A stretch of DNA of 22,243 nt from an uncultured archaeon (GTDB lineage Archaea; Iainarchaeota; Iainarchaeia; Iainarchaeales; CSSED10-239), in NCBI GenBank assembly GCA_964496765.1, contig CAZCAP010000001.1, positions 23,289-45,531 of the forward strand. The letters run 5' to 3'. The position numbers were made by a program, and so were the translations under genes. Below, one piece after another: positions 8,624-16,964 of this stretch (positions within the stretch are counted from its first letter, which is position 1; every line of letters starts with the position of its first letter). The notes below the pieces were generated by a model. It did not search any database and was not told the origin of the DNA. It saw only the letters and a list, made by a program, of their open reading frames with translations.

Positions 8624-8650
8624 AATAGAAAGAAAATTATTTCTTTCTAT
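8624..8650 (-). terminator. Hairpin at 3' end of paralog B followed by UAUUAUUUUUU
   Basis: Perfect 11-bp inverted repeat ATAGAAAGAAA(8625-8635)-ATTA-TTTCTTTCTAT(8640-8650), with stop codon 8637-8639 in loop; downstream minus transcript is U-rich. Confidence 0.55.
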
Positions 8651-9161
8651 CAGACCAGGCTACAAATCCAAGTATAACAAGGTGTGCAATTAACGCGATC
8701 ACATTGACTACTGGAATAAAAAAGAAAGCAGGTCCTAAACCTAACCAACCAGGATACTTTCTTTTCTCAAATATATCCCATGTCCAAGTTATTGCCATGA
8801 GTATAATGAATATTACTGCAAGCCAATAGAGTATGAGTCCTACTATAGGTACTAGCAAGAAAGGTAATAATACAAAAGGTAATAGAATAATTAAACCCCA
8901 GGTCCATTTCTTTTTAGCAAGTATTGGTAGTAGGAAAAAGTTTGCAATTGGTATCCATGCAAGCCACGGCTTTTTATATTTTAATTTTCTTGCTATTGAT
9001 TGCCAAGCAAGTGATTGATAAACGTATAAGGCAGCTCCAAGCAAGATAAATATGGTTAAAATTACTATGAATGCAACACCAAACAAAGCAGCTATTCCTG
9101 CCATATCCCCTAAACCAAGACTAGTTTGTGGCAACATAGTTAAAGTTGTAAGTGATAACAT
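8637..9161 (-). CDS. Small multi-TM protein, paralog B of 8022..8582
   Basis: SIARKLKYKKPWLAWIPIANFFLLPILAKKKWTW ... KRKYPGWLGLGPAFFFIPVVNVIALIAHLVILGFVAWSDRKK aligns with paralog A. Confidence 0.8.
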   Translation of the reverse strand: MLSLTTLTMLPQTSLGLGDMAGIAALFGVAFIVILTIFILLGAALYVYQSLAWQSIARKLKYKKPWLAWIPIANFFLLPILAKKKWTWGLIILLPFVLLPFLLVPIVGLILYWLAVIFIILMAITWTWDIFEKRKYPGWLGLGPAFFFIPVVNVIALIAHLVILGFVAWSDRKK

Positions 9162-9217
9162 ATTTTTTACCCCCTCAAAAATATTAATTAAATTAGATAT
9201 ATTATGTGTAGTTTACA

Positions 9218-9225
9218 TTTAAATA
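9218..9225 (+). promoter_or_regulatory. Putative TATA box for corA
   Basis: TTTAAATA about 52 nt upstream of ATG 9277. Confidence 0.45.
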
Positions 9226-9276
9226 GATATATGCTACTATATTATATATTAACTTTTTTTAAAATAGGGATGCACC

Positions 9277-10221
9277 ATGATTGAATATTTTAGAATAACA
9301 CAGGATGGACTAAAGGAGTTCATTAAACCAATTAAAAACTCATGGATACATCTAACCAATCCTGATGATAAAGAAATAATTCTCTTATCTAAAATTATTG
9401 GAGTAACGGAAGATAATTTTGATGATTTCAATAATGATATTCAATCCCTATCAGATACAGAAGAAATTCCAATGTTTGAAAGAAAGGATAATAGTATTTT
9501 ATTCATAATTATAAGAACCCCACAGGAATCAACAGGAACAAGTGGGCAAGACTACTTAACAATACCTCTTGGAATTATTTATTCCAAAAATTATGTTGCA
9601 ACCATCTGTTATTCAAAAAACACAGTAATTGAAAGAATGAAATTTAAAAAATTTAAATTTAATGAAATTTATTTTATATTAAGATTTATGCTTGCTTCTT
9701 CCAGATCCTATCTTTATTTTCTAAAAGAAATTGATAGAAGATTAAAAAAATTAGAACACAAGCTTGAAGAAAGTCAAAGAAATACAGAAATGGTTAATCT
9801 TCTTGATATTCAAAAGTCTCTAGTTTATTTTAATACATCTTTAATTAATAATCATATTTTATTTGAAAGAATATCTAGATCTAAGCTATTCACTTCAACT
9901 GAGGATAATGAAGATATTATAAGTGATTTACTTGATGAAAATAAGCAGGCAATTCAAACAACTCAAATTTATTCAGATAATATAACCCACACCCTAACTG
10001 TAATTTCTTCAATGATTTCAAATAATCTAAACAGGATTGTAAAGTTCCTAACATCAATGTCAATTGTTGTTGCAATTCCTACACTAATTGCAAGTTTATA
10101 TGGTATGAACATTGGTTTACCTTTCCAAAACAGTCCTGCAGCATTTTGGATAATAATATTCTTTTCAATAATTTTTTCAACAATAATAGGAATATTTCTT
10201 TGGAAAAAGAAATTATTTTAA
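9277..10221 (+). CDS. corA: CorA family divalent cation transporter
   Basis: Signature YGMN (LYGMNIGLPFQNSPAAFWIIIFFSIIFS) following TM1, Lys-rich C-terminus. Confidence 0.92.
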   Translation: MIEYFRITQDGLKEFIKPIKNSWIHLTNPDDKEIILLSKIIGVTEDNFDDFNNDIQSLSDTEEIPMFERKDNSILFIIIRTPQESTGTSGQDYLTIPLGIIYSKNYVATICYSKNTVIERMKFKKFKFNEIYFILRFMLASSRSYLYFLKEIDRRLKKLEHKLEESQRNTEMVNLLDIQKSLVYFNTSLINNHILFERISRSKLFTSTEDNEDIISDLLDENKQAIQTTQIYSDNITHTLTVISSMISNNLNRIVKFLTSMSIVVAIPTLIASLYGMNIGLPFQNSPAAFWIIIFFSIIFSTIIGIFLWKKKLF

Positions 10222-10246
10222 TTAATTATAAAATTCAGGAATATAT

Positions 10247-11473
10247 ATGAAATCAAAAAAACCAATTCTCCTGGCACCAGTTGGATCCTGGGAAATGCTA
10301 TCAGCAGCAATAAATGCTGGTTCTGATGCTGTATATTTAGGTATAAAGGGCCTAAACATGAGGGATAGTGGTGCGAAAAACTTTTCTATTTCTGATTTGA
10401 AAAAAATAACTACTATTTGTCATTCAAAAGATATACAAGTTTACTTAACAGTGAATACAATTATCTATGAAAATGAAATAAAAAAGGTTGAAAAAATATT
10501 AACTAGTGCAAAGAAAGCAAGAATAGATGCAATAATTGCCTGGGATTTTTCAGTAATCTCTCTTTGTAGGAAGCTTAAGCTTCTTATTTATTTATCAACA
10601 CAGGCAAGTGTTTCTAATTTTGAAGCCATTAAACAATATCATGCACTTGGAGTTAAAAGATTTGTTCTTGCAAGGGAATGTACTCTAGTCCAGGTAAAAG
10701 AAATAATAAAAAAAGCAAAAAAACTAGATAAAAATATACAAATAGAAATATTTATTCATGGTGCCATGTGTGTTTCAGTTTCTGGAAGGTGCTTTTTATC
10801 TCAGTTTCTTTACGGGAATGAAACTTCAGCAAACAGAGGAAAATGCATTCAGCCCTGTAGAAGGAATTATATAATCAAAGACCCAGAAACAGAAAAAGAA
10901 CTTAATGTTCATAATAATTATATTCTAAGCCCAAAGGATCTATGCACTCTTCCATTTATAGATAAGCTTATTGAATCAGGAGTTGATATATTTAAGATTG
11001 AAGGAAGAGGAAGAAGCCCAGAATATGTTTCTATTGTAACTAGTTGCTACAGAGAAGCAATTGATGCCTACTATAACCATAAACTAACCCCTGTTCTTAA
11101 AGAAAAGCTTGTAAAAAGATTAAAAGAAGTTTACAATAAAGGATTTTCAAATGGTTTCTATTTAGGTAAACCAATTAGTGAATGGGCAGGAACCTATGGT
11201 ACTCTTGCAACCAAGAAAAAAACATATATAGCAAAGATATTAAATATTTATAAAAAGATTAATGTTGCTGAAATTAAACTTGAAAATGGACCACTAAAGA
11301 TAGGAGATACAATCCTAATTATAGGTAAAAACACAGGTGTGCATGAACAAAAGGTGACAAGCATGCAAAAAGATGTCTCTCACCCCCTAAAGATTGCAAA
11401 CAAGGGGGATGTGGTTGCAATTAAGCTAGACAAAACAATTGAGAAGGCTGATCTAATATATTTATTTAAATGA
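10247..11473 (+). CDS. U32 family peptidase / tRNA-hydroxylation-type protein (COG0826)
   Basis: PILLAPVGSWEMLSAAINAGSDAVYLG, IEIFIHGAMCVSVSGRCFLSQFLYGNETSANRGKCIQPCRRNY, FKIEGRGRSPEYV. Confidence 0.93.
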   Translation: MKSKKPILLAPVGSWEMLSAAINAGSDAVYLGIKGLNMRDSGAKNFSISDLKKITTICHSKDIQVYLTVNTIIYENEIKKVEKILTSAKKARIDAIIAWDFSVISLCRKLKLLIYLSTQASVSNFEAIKQYHALGVKRFVLARECTLVQVKEIIKKAKKLDKNIQIEIFIHGAMCVSVSGRCFLSQFLYGNETSANRGKCIQPCRRNYIIKDPETEKELNVHNNYILSPKDLCTLPFIDKLIESGVDIFKIEGRGRSPEYVSIVTSCYREAIDAYYNHKLTPVLKEKLVKRLKEVYNKGFSNGFYLGKPISEWAGTYGTLATKKKTYIAKILNIYKKINVAEIKLENGPLKIGDTILIIGKNTGVHEQKVTSMQKDVSHPLKIANKGDVVAIKLDKTIEKADLIYLFK

Positions 11474-11474
11474 G

Positions 11475-12236
11475 ATGAACAAAATTATGGACTTTGATAG
11501 ATTTGTAAATATTGTTTTTCCTAGCATTCATAATCTTAAGACAAAAGTAATTCTTAAAGACTATATTAAGGAAAAATTCACCTATTATCCTGATTCAAAA
11601 GTATTATGTGTGCTCTGTCCACCTTGGCATGTTTCAAAAGCAACAACAACAATAGTTAGGCATACATTAAAGAGATATAAATATTCTTATTTAACCTTTG
11701 ATATTAATCCAGATATTGTTTCTCCAGATTATATGTCCACAAAGAAATATCTTAGAGAAGTAATTAATAAAATTCAAGAAGATATTAAAAAATATGATAA
11801 AAAATATAAATTTATAGATATTCACATAGTAGGATTCAGTTTTGGGTCTTTATATGCTGTAAATGTTGCTAACAAAAACAAAAAAATAAGTAAGGTAATT
11901 CTAATAACAGTTGGAAACTCAATTGCAGATTGCTTGTTTGATAGTATAAGCACTACTGAAATGAGAGATATTTTACTTGAACAGGGAATTACAAAAAGTA
12001 GATACAATAATATATTAAAACAATTTAATCCTGAAGAAAATATTTCTGGGCTTAAGAATAAAGATGTCAGAATTATTATCTCTAGAAAAGATCAAATAAT
12101 TAGATATAGATATGGTTTGAAATTAATTCAAAAAATGAGACAGAAAGGGGTAAATCCCCAGGTAATTGTTAATCAAAATCAAGGGCACTATGGTACAAAT
12201 GCTAAATTTCTTATTCATCCAAATAAGTTTTTATAA
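11475..12236 (+). CDS. Alpha/beta hydrolase superfamily protein
   Basis: IHIVGFSFGSLYAVNVA (nucleophile elbow), IISRKDQI (acidic residue strand), GHYG (His); one nt after upstream stop. Confidence 0.75.
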   Translation: MNKIMDFDRFVNIVFPSIHNLKTKVILKDYIKEKFTYYPDSKVLCVLCPPWHVSKATTTIVRHTLKRYKYSYLTFDINPDIVSPDYMSTKKYLREVINKIQEDIKKYDKKYKFIDIHIVGFSFGSLYAVNVANKNKKISKVILITVGNSIADCLFDSISTTEMRDILLEQGITKSRYNNILKQFNPEENISGLKNKDVRIIISRKDQIIRYRYGLKLIQKMRQKGVNPQVIVNQNQGHYGTNAKFLIHPNKFL

Positions 12237-12238
12237 AC

Positions 12239-13015
12239 TCATTTTATTTTTTGTGCAATTATAACAATGGATTCACTCTTGTGCGCATTAAACTTCGAAA
12301 ATTCAAAATCACCATACACTTCAATTATCTTAAATCCATGTTTTTTCAGGGTATTTTCTAAATCCCTATAGGAATACATTTGTGCATCCCAGCTTTTATT
12401 AATTATTTTAGGTTCTAGGTATTGATCTTGGATATAAATTCTTTGGGTATCATTAAGTATATCTCCTCTAATTTTATATTCACAAAATCTTACATATTTC
12501 ATATCTCCAATGGTTAGAGAGGTGTCTATGAATTCATAATATTGACATTCCTTAATCCAGAAATCTTTGTTGATGATATCCACCATGTAATAGCCTTTTG
12601 GATTAAGATTCTGTCCAACATTCTTTACAGTTTCCTCAAATCCTTTCTTAGTAACGTGAGCAATTGCATTAAATAAAGTAATGATACAATCAAATCTTTT
12701 TTTATCAAAGCTTGCATTTTTCATATCCTTAACATAAAATTCAATTTTCTTTTGTTTTCTCTTACTTGCTTTATCCCTTGCTTGTTCAATCATTTTTTTA
12801 GATATATCTGATCCAACAACATTTGAATAGCCATTATCCAGAAGATGAAAAACCTGGAGCCCGGTTCCGCAGGTCAGATCAGCAATACTTCTAATGGATG
12901 GATATTTTTTAAGTGTTTTAAGAAGAAAAGTATTCATATCATTAACATCCTTCTCATCAAGCTCAAATATATCATAATATTTTGCAAAATAATCATAATC
13001 ATAATCTTTTAACAT
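12239..13015 (-). CDS. Class I SAM-dependent methyltransferase
   Basis: IADLTCGTGLQVFHLLDNGY, VVGSDISKKMIEQAR, FDCIITLFNAIAHVT. Confidence 0.9.
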   Translation of the reverse strand: MLKDYDYDYFAKYYDIFELDEKDVNDMNTFLLKTLKKYPSIRSIADLTCGTGLQVFHLLDNGYSNVVGSDISKKMIEQARDKASKRKQKKIEFYVKDMKNASFDKKRFDCIITLFNAIAHVTKKGFEETVKNVGQNLNPKGYYMVDIINKDFWIKECQYYEFIDTSLTIGDMKYVRFCEYKIRGDILNDTQRIYIQDQYLEPKIINKSWDAQMYSYRDLENTLKKHGFKIIEVYGDFEFSKFNAHKSESIVIIAQKIK

Positions 13016-13036
13016 AACTTATCTTTTCCTTTTTTT

Positions 13037-13840
13037 TTATAATCTCACACCAATAAGATTCCCACTCTCATATCTTTTAAGTCCTTTATAGAACACATAG
13101 ATTGAAAGAAGCAAGATAGCAAATGCAAATGCATATATTAATATAAACCATAACCAATTAAAATATTGATTAATTAATACAACTGGCATTCCAACCATTA
13201 ATCCAGCAGGAATAATAAACATTACAATAAATTTTGTAACACCATGGTGTATACTTAATGGATAGGTTCCAAATACAATTATACCTTCATATAGCGTGTC
13301 CGATAATGATTGAGAATCACCAATATAAAAAGATAATGATTGAGCAATTATTCCAAATGAGATTAATATAGTAGTTGCAGGAATAAGCAATACAAACAAT
13401 AATGGTAACTTAGTTAGAGGAATAAACACAATAGCTAGTATAACCCCAAATAAAATATCCCCTAAATCAAACCAGCTTCCTTTTGAAATTATTGCATGAT
13501 ATAATGGTTTTTTTGGTAAGGTCAAGTAATAATCTAGTTGTCCTTCAACAATCATTTTTGATATTCTTTTGTGTCCACCAAAGAAAAGTCCAGAAAATCC
13601 AAATGCTATAGTAATCATTGAATAAAGTAAGATCATATCACTTAATGCCCAGCCATTAATATTATTGAACTTAGTTAAAAACAAGCCCCAAAAGAATATC
13701 CAAACAACATCATTAAAAAACATTGATATAACTTGAATTATAAAGTTAGCCTTATATTCCATTGCTGTTTTTAATTCTGTCTTGAAATATGCAAGATGAA
13801 GAGTAAGATAACTTCTTATGGTATTAATCTTAACCACCAT
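13037..13840 (-). CDS. ABC-2 type permease subunit (COG3694-like)
   Basis: Six-TM protein, WALSDMILLYSM, GQLDYYLTLPKKPLYHAI, C-terminal YESGN; 11-nt overlap with upstream permease gene. Confidence 0.85.
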   Translation of the reverse strand: MVVKINTIRSYLTLHLAYFKTELKTAMEYKANFIIQVISMFFNDVVWIFFWGLFLTKFNNINGWALSDMILLYSMITIAFGFSGLFFGGHKRISKMIVEGQLDYYLTLPKKPLYHAIISKGSWFDLGDILFGVILAIVFIPLTKLPLLFVLLIPATTILISFGIIAQSLSFYIGDSQSLSDTLYEGIIVFGTYPLSIHHGVTKFIVMFIIPAGLMVGMPVVLINQYFNWLWFILIYAFAFAILLLSIYVFYKGLKRYESGNLIGVRL

Positions 13841-14639
13841 TAATACTCACCTTCTTTGATATTTTTGCATAGATAAACAAACTAATACTTAAAAATACAA
13901 CTATCCACGCAAGCTGTATAACTAAAATTTTTATAAAATAAATAAAATCAAACATTACAAACAATTTTGCAGGATGATAGGCAATATAACTAAAAGGAAG
14001 AATCAAACCAATCTTTGCAAGCCATAATGGAAAAATCTCCAATGGTACAAGCATACCTCCAACAGTAAAAACAAATTTTTGATAAATAAAATATAATCCG
14101 CTTGTTTCTTCTATCCAAAACGCAAATAATCCAAAGATAGACATAAGAATGTAATTCAAAGTAATAGCAAGAAAACATATAACTAAAACAAATGGAATTA
14201 TATACAATTTAATTACTGGTAAACCAACTGTTAAATAGGCAACTATCCCTGCAACAATAAATGTTAATAAAAAAGCAAATAATCCTCTACCAATTGTAAG
14301 TGCATACTTATACAAGACATAATTATAGGGTTTATTTAAATAATTTGCAATTTCTCCTGATTTTATTTCCTCTCCAATTGTAATCATGATTCTTCCAAGA
14401 GATGTAACTATTGCTTCTGCTATTACAATGTACCATACCATCATAGAAAGAGTAAATCCTTCAATGGTATTTACTGCTTTAAGTGCAAATATAGTTATCC
14501 ATATTTGAGAAAATATAAATATTATTAAAGCAATAAACGCACTTTTACCAATTAAACTATCCCAAATGTAAACAAAACTATTCTTAAAATTAATTTTAGC
14601 AATTTCTTTGTATTTACTCAAACTCTTAAGGATGCTCAT
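13830..14639 (-). CDS. ABC-2 type permease subunit (COG4587-like)
   Basis: Six-TM protein, GEIANYLNKPYNYVLYKYA, GGMLVPLEIFPLWLAKIGLILPFSYIAYHPAKLF; 4-nt overlap with ATPase gene. Confidence 0.87.
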   Translation of the reverse strand: MSILKSLSKYKEIAKINFKNSFVYIWDSLIGKSAFIALIIFIFSQIWITIFALKAVNTIEGFTLSMMVWYIVIAEAIVTSLGRIMITIGEEIKSGEIANYLNKPYNYVLYKYALTIGRGLFAFLLTFIVAGIVAYLTVGLPVIKLYIIPFVLVICFLAITLNYILMSIFGLFAFWIEETSGLYFIYQKFVFTVGGMLVPLEIFPLWLAKIGLILPFSYIAYHPAKLFVMFDFIYFIKILVIQLAWIVVFLSISLFIYAKISKKVSINGG

Positions 14640-15634
14640 TGTATTTCTTCCCTTCTGTAAATCTCTTCAATTATTTCTTCAATTGGTGGTTCCTTAATTG
14701 AAATATCCTTGACCTTATTTTCCTTTACCAGATAATCAATAACTGTGTGAATAGATAACTTCTTTGTGTTTATTTCAAATTCAATAGAATATTTAGTTTT
14801 TTCAATTATTTTTATTTCTTTTGTGTTAATCTTTTTTATTTCATTTTCCGTAACCATTTTAATTATCTTCTTTTTAACATAGTTTTTCTTAAGATTATCA
14901 AAGGAATCATCATATACAATGGTTCCATGATTAATAACAATCACTCTATCTGCTATGCTCTCGATATCACCCATATCATGACTTGTTAGGATAACTGTTA
15001 CTTTTTCTTCATCATTTATTTTCTTAATCAATTCTCTAATGTTTTTCTTAACAATTATATCCATTCCTATGGTTGGTTCATCAAGAAAAAGTATTTTTGG
15101 ATTATGAATAAGAGACAAAACAAACTCACATCTCATTCTTTGTCCAAGCGATAGCTTTCTAACTGGTTGATTAATATATTCTCCTATTTCAAATCTATCT
15201 ATCAAATATTCTAATCTTTTTTTAAACTCTTTTTGATCTAAATCATATATTTTAGAGAATAGATTAAATGAATCAATTGGTGGAAGATGAAACCATAATT
15301 GTGGTTTTTGTCCAAATATTGTTCCAATCTTATAGGATAATTTTTGAGGTTCCTTTTGGGGATTTAGATTATTTACTTTAATGGTTCCTGAATCCGGATG
15401 CAGAATACCAGATAGCATCTTAAGTGTGGTTGATTTACCTGCTCCATTAGGACCAATAAATGAAACCAGTTCACCTTCTCTAACATCAAATGAAATATTA
15501 TTCACTGCTTTAATTAATTTATACTTAGGATTGAATATGTTCTTTAGTCCACCTCTTAGCCCAGGCTCGCTTACCTTTGTTTTAAAGGTCTTATTTAGAT
15601 CATTTATGGATATTACTATTTTTTCTTTATTCAT
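14636..15634 (-). CDS. ABC transporter ATP-binding protein (COG4586-like exporter)
   Basis: Walker A GPNGAGKST, IGTIFGQKPQLWFHLPPIDSF, signature LSLGQRM, Walker B ILFLDEPTIGMD, H-loop TSHD. Confidence 0.96.
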   Translation of the reverse strand: MNKEKIVISINDLNKTFKTKVSEPGLRGGLKNIFNPKYKLIKAVNNISFDVREGELVSFIGPNGAGKSTTLKMLSGILHPDSGTIKVNNLNPQKEPQKLSYKIGTIFGQKPQLWFHLPPIDSFNLFSKIYDLDQKEFKKRLEYLIDRFEIGEYINQPVRKLSLGQRMRCEFVLSLIHNPKILFLDEPTIGMDIIVKKNIRELIKKINDEEKVTVILTSHDMGDIESIADRVIVINHGTIVYDDSFDNLKKNYVKKKIIKMVTENEIKKINTKEIKIIEKTKYSIEFEINTKKLSIHTVIDYLVKENKVKDISIKEPPIEEIIEEIYRREEIQ

Positions 15635-15688
15635 ACATTATCTTTTTTTAATTAAATTATAAATATTCTAATTATAAAGTAAAAAGGA

Positions 15689-15696
15689 TTTATATA
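15689..15696 (+). promoter_or_regulatory. Putative TATA box for uracil/xanthine permease gene
   Basis: TTTATATA about 57 nt upstream of ATG 15753. Confidence 0.45.
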
Positions 15697-15752
15697 TATA
15701 TGTTACTTTATTATAATATAAATACATAAAATAATTATAAAGGTATTTAGAA

Positions 15753-16964
15753 ATGGATTATGAAACCAATTTAAGCTATAGTAAAAAAACAATACTAGGA
15801 ATACAAATGTTATTTGTTGCATTTGGTGCAACAGTTCTTGTTCCTTTGTTAGTTGGAATTGATCCAGCAGTTGCTTTGTTTACAGCAGGAATTGGAACAT
15901 TAATATTTCATTTAGTTACTAAGGGAATGATACCTATATTCCTTGGAAGTTCTTTTGTGTTCGTAGTTCCTATTATTGAAGGAACAGCACTCTATGGTCT
16001 GCCAGGAACTCTTGGAGGATTAATTGCTGCAGGATTATTGTTTATTATTGTTTCTCTAATAATCAGAAAAAAAGGTGTTAATTTCATTCAAAAATTATTT
16101 CCACCTGTGGTTGTTGGACCAATAATTATGATAATTGGATTATCGTTATCAACAACAGCTGTTGACATGGCATCAACCCACTGGCTAATTGCAATAATTA
16201 CTTTATTAGCTGCCATTACAATAATAATTTTTGGTAAGAGAATGATGAAATTACTTCCTATTATAGGAGGAATAATAGTAGGGTACATAGTTGCATTGTT
16301 ATTTGGAATTGTTGATTTTGTACCTTTGTTAAATGCATCATGGATATCTTTACCTAAATTTGTATTTCCTGCATTTAATATTGCTGCAATATTATTTATC
16401 TTACCTGTTGCAATAGCACCTATGATTGAACACATAGGAGACATATATACTATTGGAAGAGCAACAAATAAAAATTATATTAAAAATCCTGGATTACATA
16501 GAACTTTATTGGGAGATGGTATTGCAACCATGTTTGCTGGATTATTTGGTGGACCACCAAACACAACCTATTCTGAAGTAACTGGAGCAATTGTTTTAAC
16601 TAGAATCTCAAACCCAGCAATATTAAGAATATCTGCAATTACTGCTATAGTCTTTGCATTCATAGGTAAAATAACAGGTTTTTTACAAACAATTCCTTCT
16701 GCTGTTCTTGGTGGAGTTATGTTTTTATTATTTGGAATGATAACTGTTGTAGGAATTAAATCAATAATTGATTCTAAAGCAAATTTAGATTTAACAAAGA
16801 ACATGATAATTGTAGGAGTAATGTTAACAATTGGTGTTGGAGGAGCAGTAATAACAAGAGGAACATTCTCATTAGCAGGAGTTGGTTTAGCAGCAATTGT
16901 TGGAATACTACTAAATCTATTACTACCTAATAAGGAAAAAAACTTAAAAAATTTAAGATATTAA
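15753..16964 (+). CDS. Uracil-xanthine permease family protein (NCS2)
   Basis: VAFGATVLVPLLVGIDPAVALFTAGIGTL, GSSFVFVVPII, GLFGGPPNTTYSEVTGAIVLTRISNP, IPSAVLGGVMFLLFGMI. Confidence 0.93.
   Translation: MDYETNLSYSKKTILGIQMLFVAFGATVLVPLLVGIDPAVALFTAGIGTLIFHLVTKGMIPIFLGSSFVFVVPIIEGTALYGLPGTLGGLIAAGLLFIIVSLIIRKKGVNFIQKLFPPVVVGPIIMIIGLSLSTTAVDMASTHWLIAIITLLAAITIIIFGKRMMKLLPIIGGIIVGYIVALLFGIVDFVPLLNASWISLPKFVFPAFNIAAILFILPVAIAPMIEHIGDIYTIGRATNKNYIKNPGLHRTLLGDGIATMFAGLFGGPPNTTYSEVTGAIVLTRISNPAILRISAITAIVFAFIGKITGFLQTIPSAVLGGVMFLLFGMITVVGIKSIIDSKANLDLTKNMIIVGVMLTIGVGGAVITRGTFSLAGVGLAAIVGILLNLLLPNKEKNLKNLRY

Noticed and set aside
8158-9431. ORFs 8158..8340 (-), 8833..9018 (+), 9249..9431 (-)
   Set aside because: Antisense or out-of-frame to well supported coding genes; no motifs or plausible initiation context.
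12226-12239. AGTTT-TTAT-AAACT hairpin overlapping the hydrolase stop, followed by CATTTTATTTTTTG
   Set aside because: Geometry matches the stop-hairpin pattern but only 5 bp, mostly AT; too weak to count as a feature without a genome-wide test.
11822-14178. Minus ORFs 11822..12007 and 13990..14178
   Set aside because: Short overlapping frames within the hydrolase and ABC permease genes without motif support.
15381-16804. ORFs 15381..15662 (+) and 16088..16444, 16568..16804 (-)
   Set aside because: Shadows of the ABC ATPase and NCS2 permease frames; the 15381 translation (VPESGCRIPDS...PLAPLGPINETSS) is the familiar antisense of a Walker A region.
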